From Myxococcales bacterium (GTDB lineage: Bacteria > Myxococcota_A > UBA9042 > JABWCM01 > BTVJ01): a DNA stretch of 64,000 nt. The stretch covers positions 96,001-160,000 of the forward strand of contig BTVJ01000008.1 of the NCBI GenBank assembly GCA_045863395.1. The letters run 5' to 3'. Made by a program: the position numbers and the translations under genes. Positions 27,404 to 37,755 of the stretch are shown piece after piece (position 1 is the first letter of the stretch; every line of letters starts with the position of its first letter). The notes under the pieces are model-generated. The model was not told where the DNA came from, did no database searches, and saw only the letters and a list, made by a program, of their open reading frames with translations.

Positions 27404-29098
27404 TCACCGGACGAACCAGCGCATGGTGAACGCCCCCTGATCAGGCGACGCGCACTCCGTATTGTAGTAAAGTTCTGTGTTTACGCCTGACTTCTTCATG
27501 ACCCAGTCGAGCTTCAGACCGGACGTCGAGGTGTTGCAGCAGGCGTGGGCAAAGATGCCGTCGCCCCACAGGCACATGCCGTTGGGGTTGAAGGCGCCGG
27601 TCCAGGGGGGGGTGTACCAGCCCGCGCTCCCGCCCCCGATGCTCGAGCACTGGAGGATGGACGTCGTCCGGGTCAGGAGCACGTAGACCTCCGTGTAGGC
27701 GAAGGGCACCCCGGTCAATGTGTACTGTCGCGGCGTCACCCCGCAGCCGGTCCCATGCCCCGTCCCCACGACGTCCGAGCCGCTCCAGCTCGCGGTCCCC
27801 TTGCTCACGGAGATGCTCGCCAGGTTGGCGTTCAGCTTGGTCCAGCCGCCCCCGTCCGTCGTCATGTCGCACGTGACCTGGAACGGCGCCGCGAAGCCGT
27901 TGCTGGGATCTAGCCAGTAGGTGCCGCTGCCGGTGGAGTAGCCGCTCTGCAGGATGTCCTTGCACGACCGCGCCGGCTGCTTGGGGCTCGCGCCCGTGGG
28001 TGGCAGGTCGGCGACGGGGTGCCAGGACTTGCCGTCACAGACCTCGACGAGCGTGCCGCTCCAGCGCAGGGAGCCCGCCTTTCCAGAGGTGCAGTCCGTC
28101 GCGTCCGGGCCCAACTGTACATAGGTGGCGCTGCGGAGCGCTCCGGCCCTGGCGAGGCCCGCTACGTCCAGTGGTGCAGAAGGGGTCGCGGTGCCGACCC
28201 CTACGCTCCCCGTGACCGTGGCGTTGCCGGTGATGGCGAGATCACCGAAGCTCGACCCGCCCCCGAACTCCACCTTCCTCCACGCACTGTTGGCGGCGCT
28301 CCGCACGCGCAGACCCTCGGTGGCCTGTACCCCGAGCCACCCGGTCCCTTGGTCCACCAGCGCTGCGGTCCCCACTCCCACGGCGCACCCGGAGTAGCCG
28401 GAGGTGCAGGCGTGGAGTCCTCCGCTCACGGTGACGTCCCCGGCCAGCGCGAGGCTCGCGGCAAGGTCACTGCTGCCAACGCACCCCGTGCATGCCAGGT
28501 CTGTAGCGGCTCCACCAGGGGTCGCCGCGCCCGCATAGCTGAACCCTGCCTTCTGCGCGGTGACCGCTCCGTTCTGGAGGTGCGTGGTGCCGATCGCCTC
28601 CGCCGCCAGCTCCGTGGCGCCAACGCAGCCCGTGCAGTCCAGGTCCAGCGCCGCTCCTCCCTTGGAGGACGCCCCCGCGTAGGCGAAGGACACCTGTCCC
28701 GACGCGACACACGACGAGCACGTCAGCGCTCCGGCGCTCGCCGCCACGGTCGCGGTCTTCGCGGACTCGGCAGTGGGCACGCTCCGAAGCGGGCGCCGGG
28801 GCAGCACCTGTCCCCCCACGGTCGCCTCCAGCCACAGGACCGGGTGCTGAGCGAAGAAGCCCTCAGGGATGGACGCCAGGGTCACGTCGTAGACGCCTCC
28901 CACGACGTCCACCGGGGCGCCGGTCTGTGTGAACAGCGCCGAGCCCCCGGTCTCCGCCGCGAAGAGCTTGAAGCCCATGGTGAAGGAGCCGCTCGCGGGG
29001 GAGCCCCCGGCCGTGTGCAGCACGCCCTGGAGCTCCACCTCGACGGCGTAGGCTGGCGTCGCTGCGACCAGACAAAGGATCGCGACACGTGCCCACAT
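27404..29098 (-). CDS. secreted protein with CxxC repeats and fibrinogen-like C-terminal domain
   Basis: Signal peptide; RSCKDI...SGTYWLDP...CDMTTDGGGWT fibrinogen-related motif; GGAGG RBS. Confidence 0.85.
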   Translation of the reverse strand: MWARVAILCLVAATPAYAVEVELQGVLHTAGGSPASGSFTMGFKLFAAETGGSALFTQTGAPVDVVGGVYDVTLASIPEGFFAQHPVLWLEATVGGQVLPRRPLRSVPTAESAKTATVAASAGALTCSSCVASGQVSFAYAGASSKGGAALDLDCTGCVGATELAAEAIGTTHLQNGAVTAQKAGFSYAGAATPGGAATDLACTGCVGSSDLAASLALAGDVTVSGGLHACTSGYSGCAVGVGTAALVDQGTGWLGVQATEGLRVRSAANSAWRKVEFGGGSSFGDLAITGNATVTGSVGVGTATPSAPLDVAGLARAGALRSATYVQLGPDATDCTSGKAGSLRWSGTLVEVCDGKSWHPVADLPPTGASPKQPARSCKDILQSGYSTGSGTYWLDPSNGFAAPFQVTCDMTTDGGGWTKLNANLASISVSKGTASWSGSDVVGTGHGTGCGVTPRQYTLTGVPFAYTEVYVLLTRTTSILQCSSIGGGSAGWYTPPWTGAFNPNGMCLWGDGIFAHACCNTSTSGLKLDWVMKKSGVNTELYYNTECASPDQGAFTMRWFVR

Positions 29099-29235
29099 GC
29101 TGACCTCCCGAGCCGGTGGCGACAACCGTCAGGGTGCCCCGGAGTGGCTCCCTGGATCAAGCTGGGACGGGCAGAGTCGACGGCGCGCTCGGGTGAGGGC
29201 CTCGGGAGGGTGCGGGCGCAGCAGGGATCGAGGCT

Positions 29236-32200
29236 CTAGCAGCCCTCGTCCACCAGCCCGTCGCAGTCGTTGTCGACCGCATCGCCGCAGGTCTCGCCAA
29301 CACCCGGGTTGATGAACGGCTGGTTGTCGTTGCAGTCCGTCAGGTAGTCGCTCCAGGCGTGGTTCTTCCAGCAGGTGCACTTCCACTCCGCCGTGTTGGC
29401 GGTGCCGAAGCCGTCCTGGTCCACGTCCGGCGCCTGGAAGTTGCAGCCCGCCGAGTTCTCGGCGTCCACGACGCCGTCGCAGTTGTCGTCCCACCCATTG
29501 CAGGTCTCGGGGAACGTAGGCGCCACGGCCGACTCGTAGGGCTCGCAGTCCAGCCAGTCGACGGTCCCGTCGTTGTCGTCGTCCGGGTCGCAGGCGTCGC
29601 CCATGGAGTCGCCGTCGAAGTTCGCCTGGTTGGTGTTGGCCACGTACGGGCAGTTGTCCCAGGAGTTCGGGACCTGGTCGCCGTCGATGTCCAGGTCGCA
29701 GGCGTCGCCGATGCCGTCGCCGTCCATGTCCTCCTGGTTCGGGTTCTTGACCAGCGGGCAGCTGTCGTTGGCGTCGTCCACTTCATCGCCGTCCGTGTCC
29801 GGCGTGCAGGCGTCGCCCACGCCGTTCATGTCCGCGTCCTCCTGGCCGGGGTTGGGCACGAGCGGGCAGTTGTCGTCGTCGTTGGGCGTACCGTCGTTGT
29901 CGGCGTCCGGATCGCACGCGTCGCCCACTCCGTCGCCGTCCGTGTCCGTCTGGTCCGCGTTGGGCCAGCTCACGCAGTTGTCGTCCGGATCCTTGACCCC
30001 GTCCTTGTCCGTATCGGGGATGCAGGCGATGACCGGGTCGCCCGCGCAGATGCCGCCCGAGCAGATGGTGTTCTCGGTGCAGACGTCCCCATCATCGCAG
30101 GGCCCCGAGAACGCCACGTTGGTGCAGCCCTGGGTCGGGTGGCAGTAGTCGGCCGTGCACGGATCGCCGTCGTCGCAGTCGCCGATGTCCGTCACGTGCA
30201 GGCAGTTGGCCCACGGGTCGCAGTAGTCCTGGGTGCAGGGGTTGCCGTCATCGCACGTGGTCAGCACGAAGCCGATGCAGAGCCCGTTGATGCACTGATC
30301 GACCATGGTGCAGTTGTTGTAGTCGTTGCAGGGCTTGTTGTTCAGGTGGTAGACGCAGCCCTTGTCGGGCTCGCACGCGTCCGTCGTGCAGGCGTTGCCG
30401 TCGTCACAGTTGATCGGCGTGTGCACGCACAGCCCCTCCTGGGTCTGGCAGTGATCGATCGTGCAGGCGTTGCCGTCGTCGCAGGGCTCGACCCCGTCCA
30501 CGGGGATCCCCATCACGCAGGACCAGCACCCCATGTCGAGCTTGTGGTAGCAGCCGGCCTGGCCGTCGCCGTCCTTGTCGTAGGGGTCGCAGGAGTCCTT
30601 GGTGCACAGTGACAGGTCGTTGGAGGTCGGGTCGTCGTAGCAGTTGACCTCCTGGTAGGCGCACTTGCCGGTGACCGTGTCGCAGAGATCGATGGTGCAG
30701 GCGTTGCCGTCGAAGCACTCCGCGTCCACCGTGCAGGGCTTGACCGTGTAGTTCATGCACCCCAGGTACTTGTGGCACCAGTCCTGGGTGGAGTCGTTGC
30801 CGTCGTCACAGTCCTCCGGCGTATGCACACAGAAGTTGTTGACGCACTTGTCCGTGACACAGGCGGTGCCGCTGTTGCAGTCGTCGTCCGTGTAGCAGCA
30901 GTCGAGCGAGCTGCACTCAGGATACCCCCCACCGATCGGTCCGGGCTGACCGCCCAGGTTGGGGATCACGTGTACGCAGTTGTCGATCTTCTCGCCGAGG
31001 GGGTCGCCGCCCGGGATGATCAGGCCGGCGCCGATGCCCGGGTCACAGTAGTCGTAGGTCATGGGGTCGCCGTCGCCGCACTTCTTCTTGTGGTGCTGGC
31101 AGACGCCGTACTGGCAGATGTCCACGGTGCAGGAGTCGCCGTCCTCGCACTCCTCGTGGCTCGTGCACTTGCAGGGGTAGAGCACCGGCGTGAACGTGCA
31201 GCCGGGGCCGAAGCCGTCCTGGAAGTTCTCGTTGCACGAGTCGAAGGTGCAGGGGTCGCCGTCGTTGCACGGCATGGGCTTGAACTCGCAGTTGCCCGTG
31301 AGTCCGTTGGGCCCGATGTCGATGGAGCAGTGGTCCGTCGTGCAGGAGTCGCCGTCCATGCAGGCGTTGAACACGCAGCCCCCGACCGCCTTGTCGCAGG
31401 TGTCGAACGTGCAGGGGTCGCCGTCGTCGCAGATGGCCGGGATGCCGGTGCAGGCGCCGTCCTGGCAGGAGTCGTTGGCCGTGCAGGCGTCCCCATCGTC
31501 GCACAGTCCATAGTTGGGCTCATGGAAGCACTTGCCGGTCGCCTGGTCGCACCCGTCGTCGGTGCAGGGGTCGCCGTCACCGCAGGCCATGGGCTGACCG
31601 GCCTTGCAGGAGCCCCCGGCGCACGCGTCGTTGACCGTGCACAGGTTGCCGTCGTCGCACGAGGCGTTGTTGGGGGTCGACACGCAGTCGCCGCCCACAC
31701 ACCCGTCAGTGGTGCAGGGGTTGCCGTCGTCGCACCCCTTGGCGGTCCCCACGCAGGCCCCATCAACGCACTGGTCGTCCAGGGTGCAGGAGTCGCCGTC
31801 GTCGCAGTAGCCTCCCTGGGGCTCGTAGACGCAGCCCGACCCGGGCTTGCAGGTGTCCTTGGTGCAGGGGTTGCCGTCGTCGCAGACGAGGCCGCCGCCG
31901 CCCGGCGTGCACACGCCGGCCTGGCAGGTGCCCGCGGGCTGGCAGGCGTTCCCGGGGGCGCATACCCCACCGTCGGGCGCGTTGGCGAGCTTGCACTTGA
32001 ACTTGGTGAGGTCGCAGAGGGCGACCTTGCAGGCGGGCGCGTTCGGGAACGCGGCGGCGCAGTCGGCGTCCGCGATACACTCCTTGGGTGGGTCGATGGT
32101 GCCGGGGCCGGTGTCTTCCGCCGACGCCGTGTCCGGCTTGGACCCCGCGTCGTCGGGGGTGCGCGCAATGTCGGCCTCGCCGATGTCGCTCACCTGGACC

Positions 32201-32364
32201 ACGTCTGGAGCGGCGATCTCCTGGCAGGCCCCGGACACGCACTCCTGCCCGCTCGGGCAGGGGTTGGACTCGCTGCACTCACCGCCCCCGGAGGCCGGGA
32301 GGTCACAGGCGGCCAGCGCAAAGAAGGTGGAGAACGATGCAGCCAGCAGAGTAGGGCGGCGCAT
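29236..32364 (-). CDS. Cys-rich repeat lipoprotein with thrombospondin type-3 repeats
   Basis: LAAC lipobox; many CDDGNPCTxDxC repeats; DxDxDGVGDACD/DNCP TSP3 repeats; terminal DNDCDGLVDE motif. Confidence 0.9.
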   Translation of the reverse strand: MRRPTLLAASFSTFFALAACDLPASGGGECSESNPCPSGQECVSGACQEIAAPDVVQVSDIGEADIARTPDDAGSKPDTASAEDTGPGTIDPPKECIADADCAAAFPNAPACKVALCDLTKFKCKLANAPDGGVCAPGNACQPAGTCQAGVCTPGGGGLVCDDGNPCTKDTCKPGSGCVYEPQGGYCDDGDSCTLDDQCVDGACVGTAKGCDDGNPCTTDGCVGGDCVSTPNNASCDDGNLCTVNDACAGGSCKAGQPMACGDGDPCTDDGCDQATGKCFHEPNYGLCDDGDACTANDSCQDGACTGIPAICDDGDPCTFDTCDKAVGGCVFNACMDGDSCTTDHCSIDIGPNGLTGNCEFKPMPCNDGDPCTFDSCNENFQDGFGPGCTFTPVLYPCKCTSHEECEDGDSCTVDICQYGVCQHHKKKCGDGDPMTYDYCDPGIGAGLIIPGGDPLGEKIDNCVHVIPNLGGQPGPIGGGYPECSSLDCCYTDDDCNSGTACVTDKCVNNFCVHTPEDCDDGNDSTQDWCHKYLGCMNYTVKPCTVDAECFDGNACTIDLCDTVTGKCAYQEVNCYDDPTSNDLSLCTKDSCDPYDKDGDGQAGCYHKLDMGCWSCVMGIPVDGVEPCDDGNACTIDHCQTQEGLCVHTPINCDDGNACTTDACEPDKGCVYHLNNKPCNDYNNCTMVDQCINGLCIGFVLTTCDDGNPCTQDYCDPWANCLHVTDIGDCDDGDPCTADYCHPTQGCTNVAFSGPCDDGDVCTENTICSGGICAGDPVIACIPDTDKDGVKDPDDNCVSWPNADQTDTDGDGVGDACDPDADNDGTPNDDDNCPLVPNPGQEDADMNGVGDACTPDTDGDEVDDANDSCPLVKNPNQEDMDGDGIGDACDLDIDGDQVPNSWDNCPYVANTNQANFDGDSMGDACDPDDDNDGTVDWLDCEPYESAVAPTFPETCNGWDDNCDGVVDAENSAGCNFQAPDVDQDGFGTANTAEWKCTCWKNHAWSDYLTDCNDNQPFINPGVGETCGDAVDNDCDGLVDEGC

Positions 32365-32469
32365 GTCGAGGCCTCTCAGATGACTTATCCGCTGCGGGAC
32401 CGCATCAGGGACAGCGTCTCGAAGCGGATGAAGATGATCCCAGGTCGGGTGCAGTGTACGCCCCATCCC

Positions 32470-32486
32470 AGCAAAAGCGGAACCGG
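32470..32486 (-). promoter_or_regulatory. putative sigma54 promoter
   Basis: Minus strand CCGGTTCCGCTTTTGCT (GG-N10-GC); palindromes upstream at 32516-32537. Confidence 0.45.
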
Positions 32487-32575
32487 TAGATACGACGATT
32501 CGGTTACATTGAAAAGGACGTTGACGTCCGAACGGACTTGAACTGGCGGGAATTGACGCATCCCCCCCGGGGACG

Positions 32576-35500
32576 TCAGTCGGTGACCTCGATGAGCTGG
32601 GACTCGGCCACGGACTTCTCATCGGGCTCGTAGTACGGGTAGGCCGCCGCGCCGCCGTCCGCCGCCTTGACCGGCATGGTCGCCAGCAGGCGGTAGGTGT
32701 AGGCCTGGTCGGCCATGGCGGGCAGCTCGAACATGTAGAGGGTGAGCTGCTTGCCCGTCTTCTCGAACTTGCTGAGCAGCCCGTCCGCCTTGTACGCCTC
32801 CAGGTCCTCGTCGACCACCTGGAAGCCGGGCGGCAGCCCCACGGTCACGAGCACCATGGACAGGGTCGCAGCGGTCAGGTTCTTGACCGTCACCGTGGCC
32901 TGCACCGTGTCGTTCACCTGGAGCGAGGTCTTGTCGTAGGCGACCGAGATGGCCAGCGGCCCCTCGGGGTCGCCGGACACGTCCGCCCACGGCAGGTGGT
33001 GGCTGCTCACGACGTTGTAGCTCACCTTGCCGGTGCCGGCGAAGGCGAGCGTCACCGTGTGGTCGCCGGTGGTGGCGTAGGCGGCAAGGTCCACGGTGCT
33101 CATCACGTCCCACTGGTCGGCGGTGAGCATCACGTCCTTCACCTTCTTGCCGTCCAGGCTGATGGTGACCGCGCCCACGGCGCCCTCGCTGCCGATCTTC
33201 GCCGCGGTCAGCAGCGTGCGCAGCGTCCAGACCGTCGCCGAGGTGGGCCCGAAGTTGCCCTGGGCGTCCTTCTTCGACAGCAGGTAGGTGATGGCGCCGT
33301 CGACGGTCGCCTTGTAGCCACCCGCCACGAGCATGGCGTGGGCGACGACCGCGGTGGTCTCCACCGCCGCCGAGTCCCCGTAGCCGTAGAAGACGGTCTG
33401 GGCGTCGCCGGTGTCCCAGTACACCTTGTCGCCGTCCACCTTCTTCATTGCGTCGAGCTTGGACAGCAGCTCGGAGAGCAGCGGGTCGCCCGGGGTCGAC
33501 ACGGCGAGCGCGTTGGCGACCGTCGCCAGCGTGTAGGCATCCTCGTCGCCCTTGAGGCCGGTCTTGAGGTAGCCGACGCCCTTCGCGAGCTCGGCCCCCG
33601 TGAAGCCCGACGTGCCGAGCGCCCACACCACGAACGCCGAGTTGCGGATCGTGCTCGACTGGAACGAGAAGAACTCGCTGATGTCGCCGGGCCACGAGCC
33701 GTCGGGCTTCTGCTGCGCCGCGAGCCAGCTCTGGGTGCGCGCCAGCATGGCCTCGTCCACCGGGAACACGGCGCGCATGTCGGAGAACTCCATGACGCCC
33801 AGCGCCGTGACGGTCAGGAACGGGGCGGGATCCTGCGTCCCGAACCAGGAGAAGCCGCCTCCCGGGTGCTCATAGGTCAAGAGCCGCTGGTAGCCCTGCG
33901 AGATGTAGGACTCCGCCTTGAGCTGGATCTCGGGCGTCACCTGGCCCGTCTCCTCCATGTAGGTGGTGACGAGCACGTTCGGCCACGTGGTGCTGGTGGT
34001 CTGCTCGAAGCAGCCGTAGGGCACCTGGAGCATGGAGTCGAGCCCCTCGACCACCTGGCTCAGGAAGGCCGGGTAGATGGTCACGTGCAGCGCCTCGCTG
34101 CCGGGCACGGCCCCCGCCGGGAAGCTCACCGTGTGGGTCACCTCGCCAGGCGGCAGCGCGCCGGACACCGACGCCGGGAACGCCTTGCCGTCGGGCACCA
34201 CCCGGACCACGCGGGCCACGGCGTCCTGCTTCTTGGTGCCGATGCCCTTCACGGTCAGCTTGTGGACGCCGACGGTCTCGACGCGCACCGGGAACTTGGC
34301 GACGGTCACCTGGCTCGGGGCCAGGTCGAGGGTCGCCGACGTGGCGCCCAGCGCCGTGAACCACGAGCCACCCTCAAGGGTGATGGTCACGGACTGGGGC
34401 TCCGCCAGGAAGTTGTAGACCGCGATGGGGAACGTCACCTCGTCGCCGCGGGTGAGCTGCGCCGGGAAGTTGATGTCCACGAAGAAGTCCTGGAACACCG
34501 TCACCCCGAACACGCCCGCGCCGAGGCGCCCGTCCGCGGAGTGGGCCATGGTCGAGACGCGCCACTCGGTGATGGAGTCGGCCATCTCGAGATCGACGGT
34601 GGCCGTGCCGTCGGGCCCGGTGATCAGCGCCGGGTTGACGTACAGGGTCTCCGGGAAGTCGTCGCGGACCTTCAGGGGCTCGTCGCCACCTTCGCTGGTG
34701 GTCGGCTCCTCGCCCGCCTCGGGGGGACCCCAGCCGCCGCCGCCGCCACCGGCGCCGCCGTCGGCGCCCGCGTTCCAGTCACCGTCGTCCATGCCGCCAG
34801 CCTGCGGGGTGTGCTTCTGGCGGATCTCGTCGGGGATGCCCAGGTCCTTGTACGTGAGCAGCGTGGACCAGTCGTCTGCCGTCCCCTTCACCTCGTCGGG
34901 GCCGAGCGTGATCAGGCGGAGCGGCGTCTCCCAGCCCCAGTCCCGCTCTGCCGCCCAGGCGTTGCCCCAGAAGTCGTATGCCGCGCCCAGTGTGATCGTC
35001 CGCTCGACGACGGCCTGCATGTAGTCCATGCCCAGGCCCTGGCAGTACCAGTCGTTGGAGGTGCACCCCTCGCTCTCGAGGTCGGCGATGGCCTTCTTCG
35101 CGGCCGCGGCGTAGATGGCCGACAGGGCGGTCTTCTCCTTGTCGAAGTACGGGATCAGCACGTCGCGGGCGTCGGTGACGATCTTCGCCCAGCTCGCCTT
35201 GCGGATGCCGCTCGTGCCGGGCACCGTCATGGCCGCGAACGCCGCGCCGGCCTGGGTCTGCGCGGCCTCCGCCTTGGCGTCGTCGTCGGAGCCCGCCCCG
35301 CCGAAGATCAGCTCCGGCACGTTCCAGCTCGCCCCGTGGATCTCGTACTGGGGCTTGCTGACCGCGTCCTCGATCTCGAAGAAGGTCTGGAGCAGGCCCG
35401 GCTTGGCGTCGATGAGCGCGAACACCGCCTCGTCCACGATCTGGACGCCCAGGGCCGCCACCTTGGGCTTGCCGTCCTCGTCCTTGACCGTGAAGGTCAG

Positions 35501-37552
35501 CTTGGCGGGCTCCCCCGGCTCGTAGATGGGCTTGTCCGTGTCGAAGCTGACGGACAGGGCCGAGCTGGTCTTGACGAACAGCGTCTTCGACGCGCGCACC
35601 ACGTTGCCGTCCGTGTCCACCACGTAGGCCTCGATGCGGTTGTCGCCGAGCAGGCTGCCGTCCACGTCCATGGTGAAGGTGGCCTTGCCGCCGTCGATGT
35701 CCACGGTGCGCATGTCGATGACCTGGCCCTCGTTGAGCCAGTCGACGTAGGCGTGGCGCGACGCGCCGCTGACGAACACGTCGACGCTCAGCGTCTCGCC
35801 CACCTCGTAGATCGCCTTGTCGGTGCGCACGAGGACGTGGTCCGACCCGATCTGCTGGTCGAACTGCACCGTGCGCGTCGCGGTGGTCGTCCCTGTCGTG
35901 ATGGTGAGCTTCAGCGCGGAGGCGCCGCCGGTCGGCGTGGCGATGAGGCCCGCGTGGCCGAAGGCGTCCGTGGTCAGCGTCGAAGACGGCAGCCACGTGC
36001 CCTCGACCGCGATGGAGGCCCCAGCCAGCGGCGCGCCCAGCGGGTCCGTCACGAAGAGGTGGACCAGGTTCTCGGTGCCGGGCACCAGCACGCCGGCCTC
36101 GGGCACGGCCACCACCTTGAGGGCGCTGGCGCTGACCACGACCGGCACGTACTTCTCGACGACCTGCTCCGCCTTGTCCGTCACCGTCACGATGAGCTGA
36201 ACGAGCGCGTCGCCGCCCTCCAGGGGCAGGCCCACGAGGCTCGGCGGCAGGGTGAGGGTGAAGCCGTAGTGGCCGTCGGCGTTGGTCGTCCCGCTCACCT
36301 CCTGGAAGGTGGACCACGACACGTCGTAGCTCTGGGCCACGATCTTCACGTCGGCGCCGGCCACCACCTTGCCGAAGAAGTAGTCGGCGTCCACGAGGCC
36401 GGTCACCGTCGCGGCCGGCATGTACCAGGACTGGTCGAGGCCCACGCCCAGCTTGAACTTCGGCAGCACGTAGTGGCTGACGGTCACGGCCTTCTCGGTG
36501 ACCACGTCGTCGAGGATCGCGCGGACCTTGAAGGTGCCCATGTTGACCAGGGTCGCCAGCTTGAGCTCCGTCGCGGCGATGCCGTACTGGTCGCTGTCGA
36601 TGCTCACCTTGTGGATCTTGTTGCCCTTTCCGTCCTCCACCTCGAAGGTCACGGGCTTGTCCGCCACGGGGGCGAGGCCCGGCTTCTCCAGGGCAAGCGC
36701 CCGCATGTGGATGGTCTGGCCGGGCTGGTAGAGGGGCTTGTCGGTGGTGAGGAGCACCTTGCGGCCCTTCTCCGAGACCGTGATCGTGTCGGCGACGACC
36801 GCCATGGTGCCCTGCGCCTTGCCCTCCGCGACGACCTCCATCTCCCCAGGCGTGGGGAGGGTCACGTCGAAGATCGCGTCGCCGGTCATGCCGGTGATGC
36901 CTTCCAGCACCGTCGCCTTGCCGGCCTCGTCGGTCAGGGTGAGCTTGACGGGCACGCCCTCGAGCGGGCCGTGGCCGATGGGGTCGTTGGCCAGGACGCG
37001 GTAGGCCGCTCCCTTGCCTGCGAGCAGCGTCTTCGGCCCCTCGAGCACCACCTCATACGGGGGCACGAGGTGCAGCAGGCTGCGGGTCACCTTCAGGGGC
37101 TTGTCGCCCTTCTGCTCGACGCGCAGCACCCAGGCCGCCAGGGCCGGCTGTGACGTGGCGCTCTCGGGCAGGGCCAGGGTCGCCTCCAGGGCCTTGGTCT
37201 GCCCCTCGGCGATGTCGTAGTGCACCGTGATGGACGACGCGACCTTGGCGCCGTCCACCTCGACGATGCTCGCCGTCAGCGTCCCCTTGGCCGAGGCCAC
37301 CATGGCCAGGGCGGGGATGGAGACGACGAGGTTCTTGCCGTCCACCGTGGCGGTGATCTTTGCCTCGTCGATGGTCAGCAAGCCGTTGGATGGTGTGTCT
37401 GGTGTCTTGATGTGGTCGCCGGGCTCGGTGGTGCCGCCGGGCCCCTTGTCTACGCCGGTGTGGTCGCCGTCGCTCTCACCGCACGCGGCCAGCCCCAGCG
37501 CGAGCGGGAGCACCAGCACCCGCGCGAGCCCTCTCAGTCCGTGGATCCTCAT
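32576..37552 (-). CDS. alpha-2-macroglobulin family lipoprotein with thioester motif
   Basis: LAAC lipobox, TDKPLYQPGQ (MG2), VRDDFPET, DSITEW, PYGCFEQ, GYQRLL; GGAGGAG RBS. Confidence 0.93.
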   Translation of the reverse strand: MRIHGLRGLARVLVLPLALGLAACGESDGDHTGVDKGPGGTTEPGDHIKTPDTPSNGLLTIDEAKITATVDGKNLVVSIPALAMVASAKGTLTASIVEVDGAKVASSITVHYDIAEGQTKALEATLALPESATSQPALAAWVLRVEQKGDKPLKVTRSLLHLVPPYEVVLEGPKTLLAGKGAAYRVLANDPIGHGPLEGVPVKLTLTDEAGKATVLEGITGMTGDAIFDVTLPTPGEMEVVAEGKAQGTMAVVADTITVSEKGRKVLLTTDKPLYQPGQTIHMRALALEKPGLAPVADKPVTFEVEDGKGNKIHKVSIDSDQYGIAATELKLATLVNMGTFKVRAILDDVVTEKAVTVSHYVLPKFKLGVGLDQSWYMPAATVTGLVDADYFFGKVVAGADVKIVAQSYDVSWSTFQEVSGTTNADGHYGFTLTLPPSLVGLPLEGGDALVQLIVTVTDKAEQVVEKYVPVVVSASALKVVAVPEAGVLVPGTENLVHLFVTDPLGAPLAGASIAVEGTWLPSSTLTTDAFGHAGLIATPTGGASALKLTITTGTTTATRTVQFDQQIGSDHVLVRTDKAIYEVGETLSVDVFVSGASRHAYVDWLNEGQVIDMRTVDIDGGKATFTMDVDGSLLGDNRIEAYVVDTDGNVVRASKTLFVKTSSALSVSFDTDKPIYEPGEPAKLTFTVKDEDGKPKVAALGVQIVDEAVFALIDAKPGLLQTFFEIEDAVSKPQYEIHGASWNVPELIFGGAGSDDDAKAEAAQTQAGAAFAAMTVPGTSGIRKASWAKIVTDARDVLIPYFDKEKTALSAIYAAAAKKAIADLESEGCTSNDWYCQGLGMDYMQAVVERTITLGAAYDFWGNAWAAERDWGWETPLRLITLGPDEVKGTADDWSTLLTYKDLGIPDEIRQKHTPQAGGMDDGDWNAGADGGAGGGGGGWGPPEAGEEPTTSEGGDEPLKVRDDFPETLYVNPALITGPDGTATVDLEMADSITEWRVSTMAHSADGRLGAGVFGVTVFQDFFVDINFPAQLTRGDEVTFPIAVYNFLAEPQSVTITLEGGSWFTALGATSATLDLAPSQVTVAKFPVRVETVGVHKLTVKGIGTKKQDAVARVVRVVPDGKAFPASVSGALPPGEVTHTVSFPAGAVPGSEALHVTIYPAFLSQVVEGLDSMLQVPYGCFEQTTSTTWPNVLVTTYMEETGQVTPEIQLKAESYISQGYQRLLTYEHPGGGFSWFGTQDPAPFLTVTALGVMEFSDMRAVFPVDEAMLARTQSWLAAQQKPDGSWPGDISEFFSFQSSTIRNSAFVVWALGTSGFTGAELAKGVGYLKTGLKGDEDAYTLATVANALAVSTPGDPLLSELLSKLDAMKKVDGDKVYWDTGDAQTVFYGYGDSAAVETTAVVAHAMLVAGGYKATVDGAITYLLSKKDAQGNFGPTSATVWTLRTLLTAAKIGSEGAVGAVTISLDGKKVKDVMLTADQWDVMSTVDLAAYATTGDHTVTLAFAGTGKVSYNVVSSHHLPWADVSGDPEGPLAISVAYDKTSLQVNDTVQATVTVKNLTAATLSMVLVTVGLPPGFQVVDEDLEAYKADGLLSKFEKTGKQLTLYMFELPAMADQAYTYRLLATMPVKAADGGAAAYPYYEPDEKSVAESQLIEVTD

Positions 37553-37602
37553 GTTCTCCTCCGTGCCGCGGTGCGGCGATGGAATGATCCAGAAGCCAGG
37601 GC

Positions 37603-37618
37603 TGCAATTCGCAGGCCA
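37603..37618 (-). promoter_or_regulatory. sigma54 -24/-12 promoter of alpha-2-macroglobulin
   Basis: Minus strand TGGCCTGCGAATTGCA, 50 bp upstream of ATG. Confidence 0.65.
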
Positions 37619-37755
37619 GTCGTGCAACCGCTCGATTGTATGGGAATGGTGGCGCCGAAGCGGGGGGCGGGTGTAGCAGAATTTCCCACTGTGTTGACGG
37701 AGCGCGGCGGTCCAGAGGGTCTCGTGGGACCGTCCCACCGGGCCGTCGTTGGACC

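Noticed and set aside
25998..29235. Genomic island integrated at tRNA-Ala
   Set aside because: No integrase and no duplicated tRNA 3' end seen in the window
29236..32364. DNA-level repeats as a mobile or diversity-generating element
   Set aside because: Explained by coding Cys-rich and TSP3 protein repeats; no reverse transcriptase
32996..37153. Long antisense or alternate-frame ORFs (e.g. 1385 aa here, 39562-42768, 13331-16312)
   Set aside because: Shadow ORFs of high-GC coding strands, without motifs, overlapping well-supported genes
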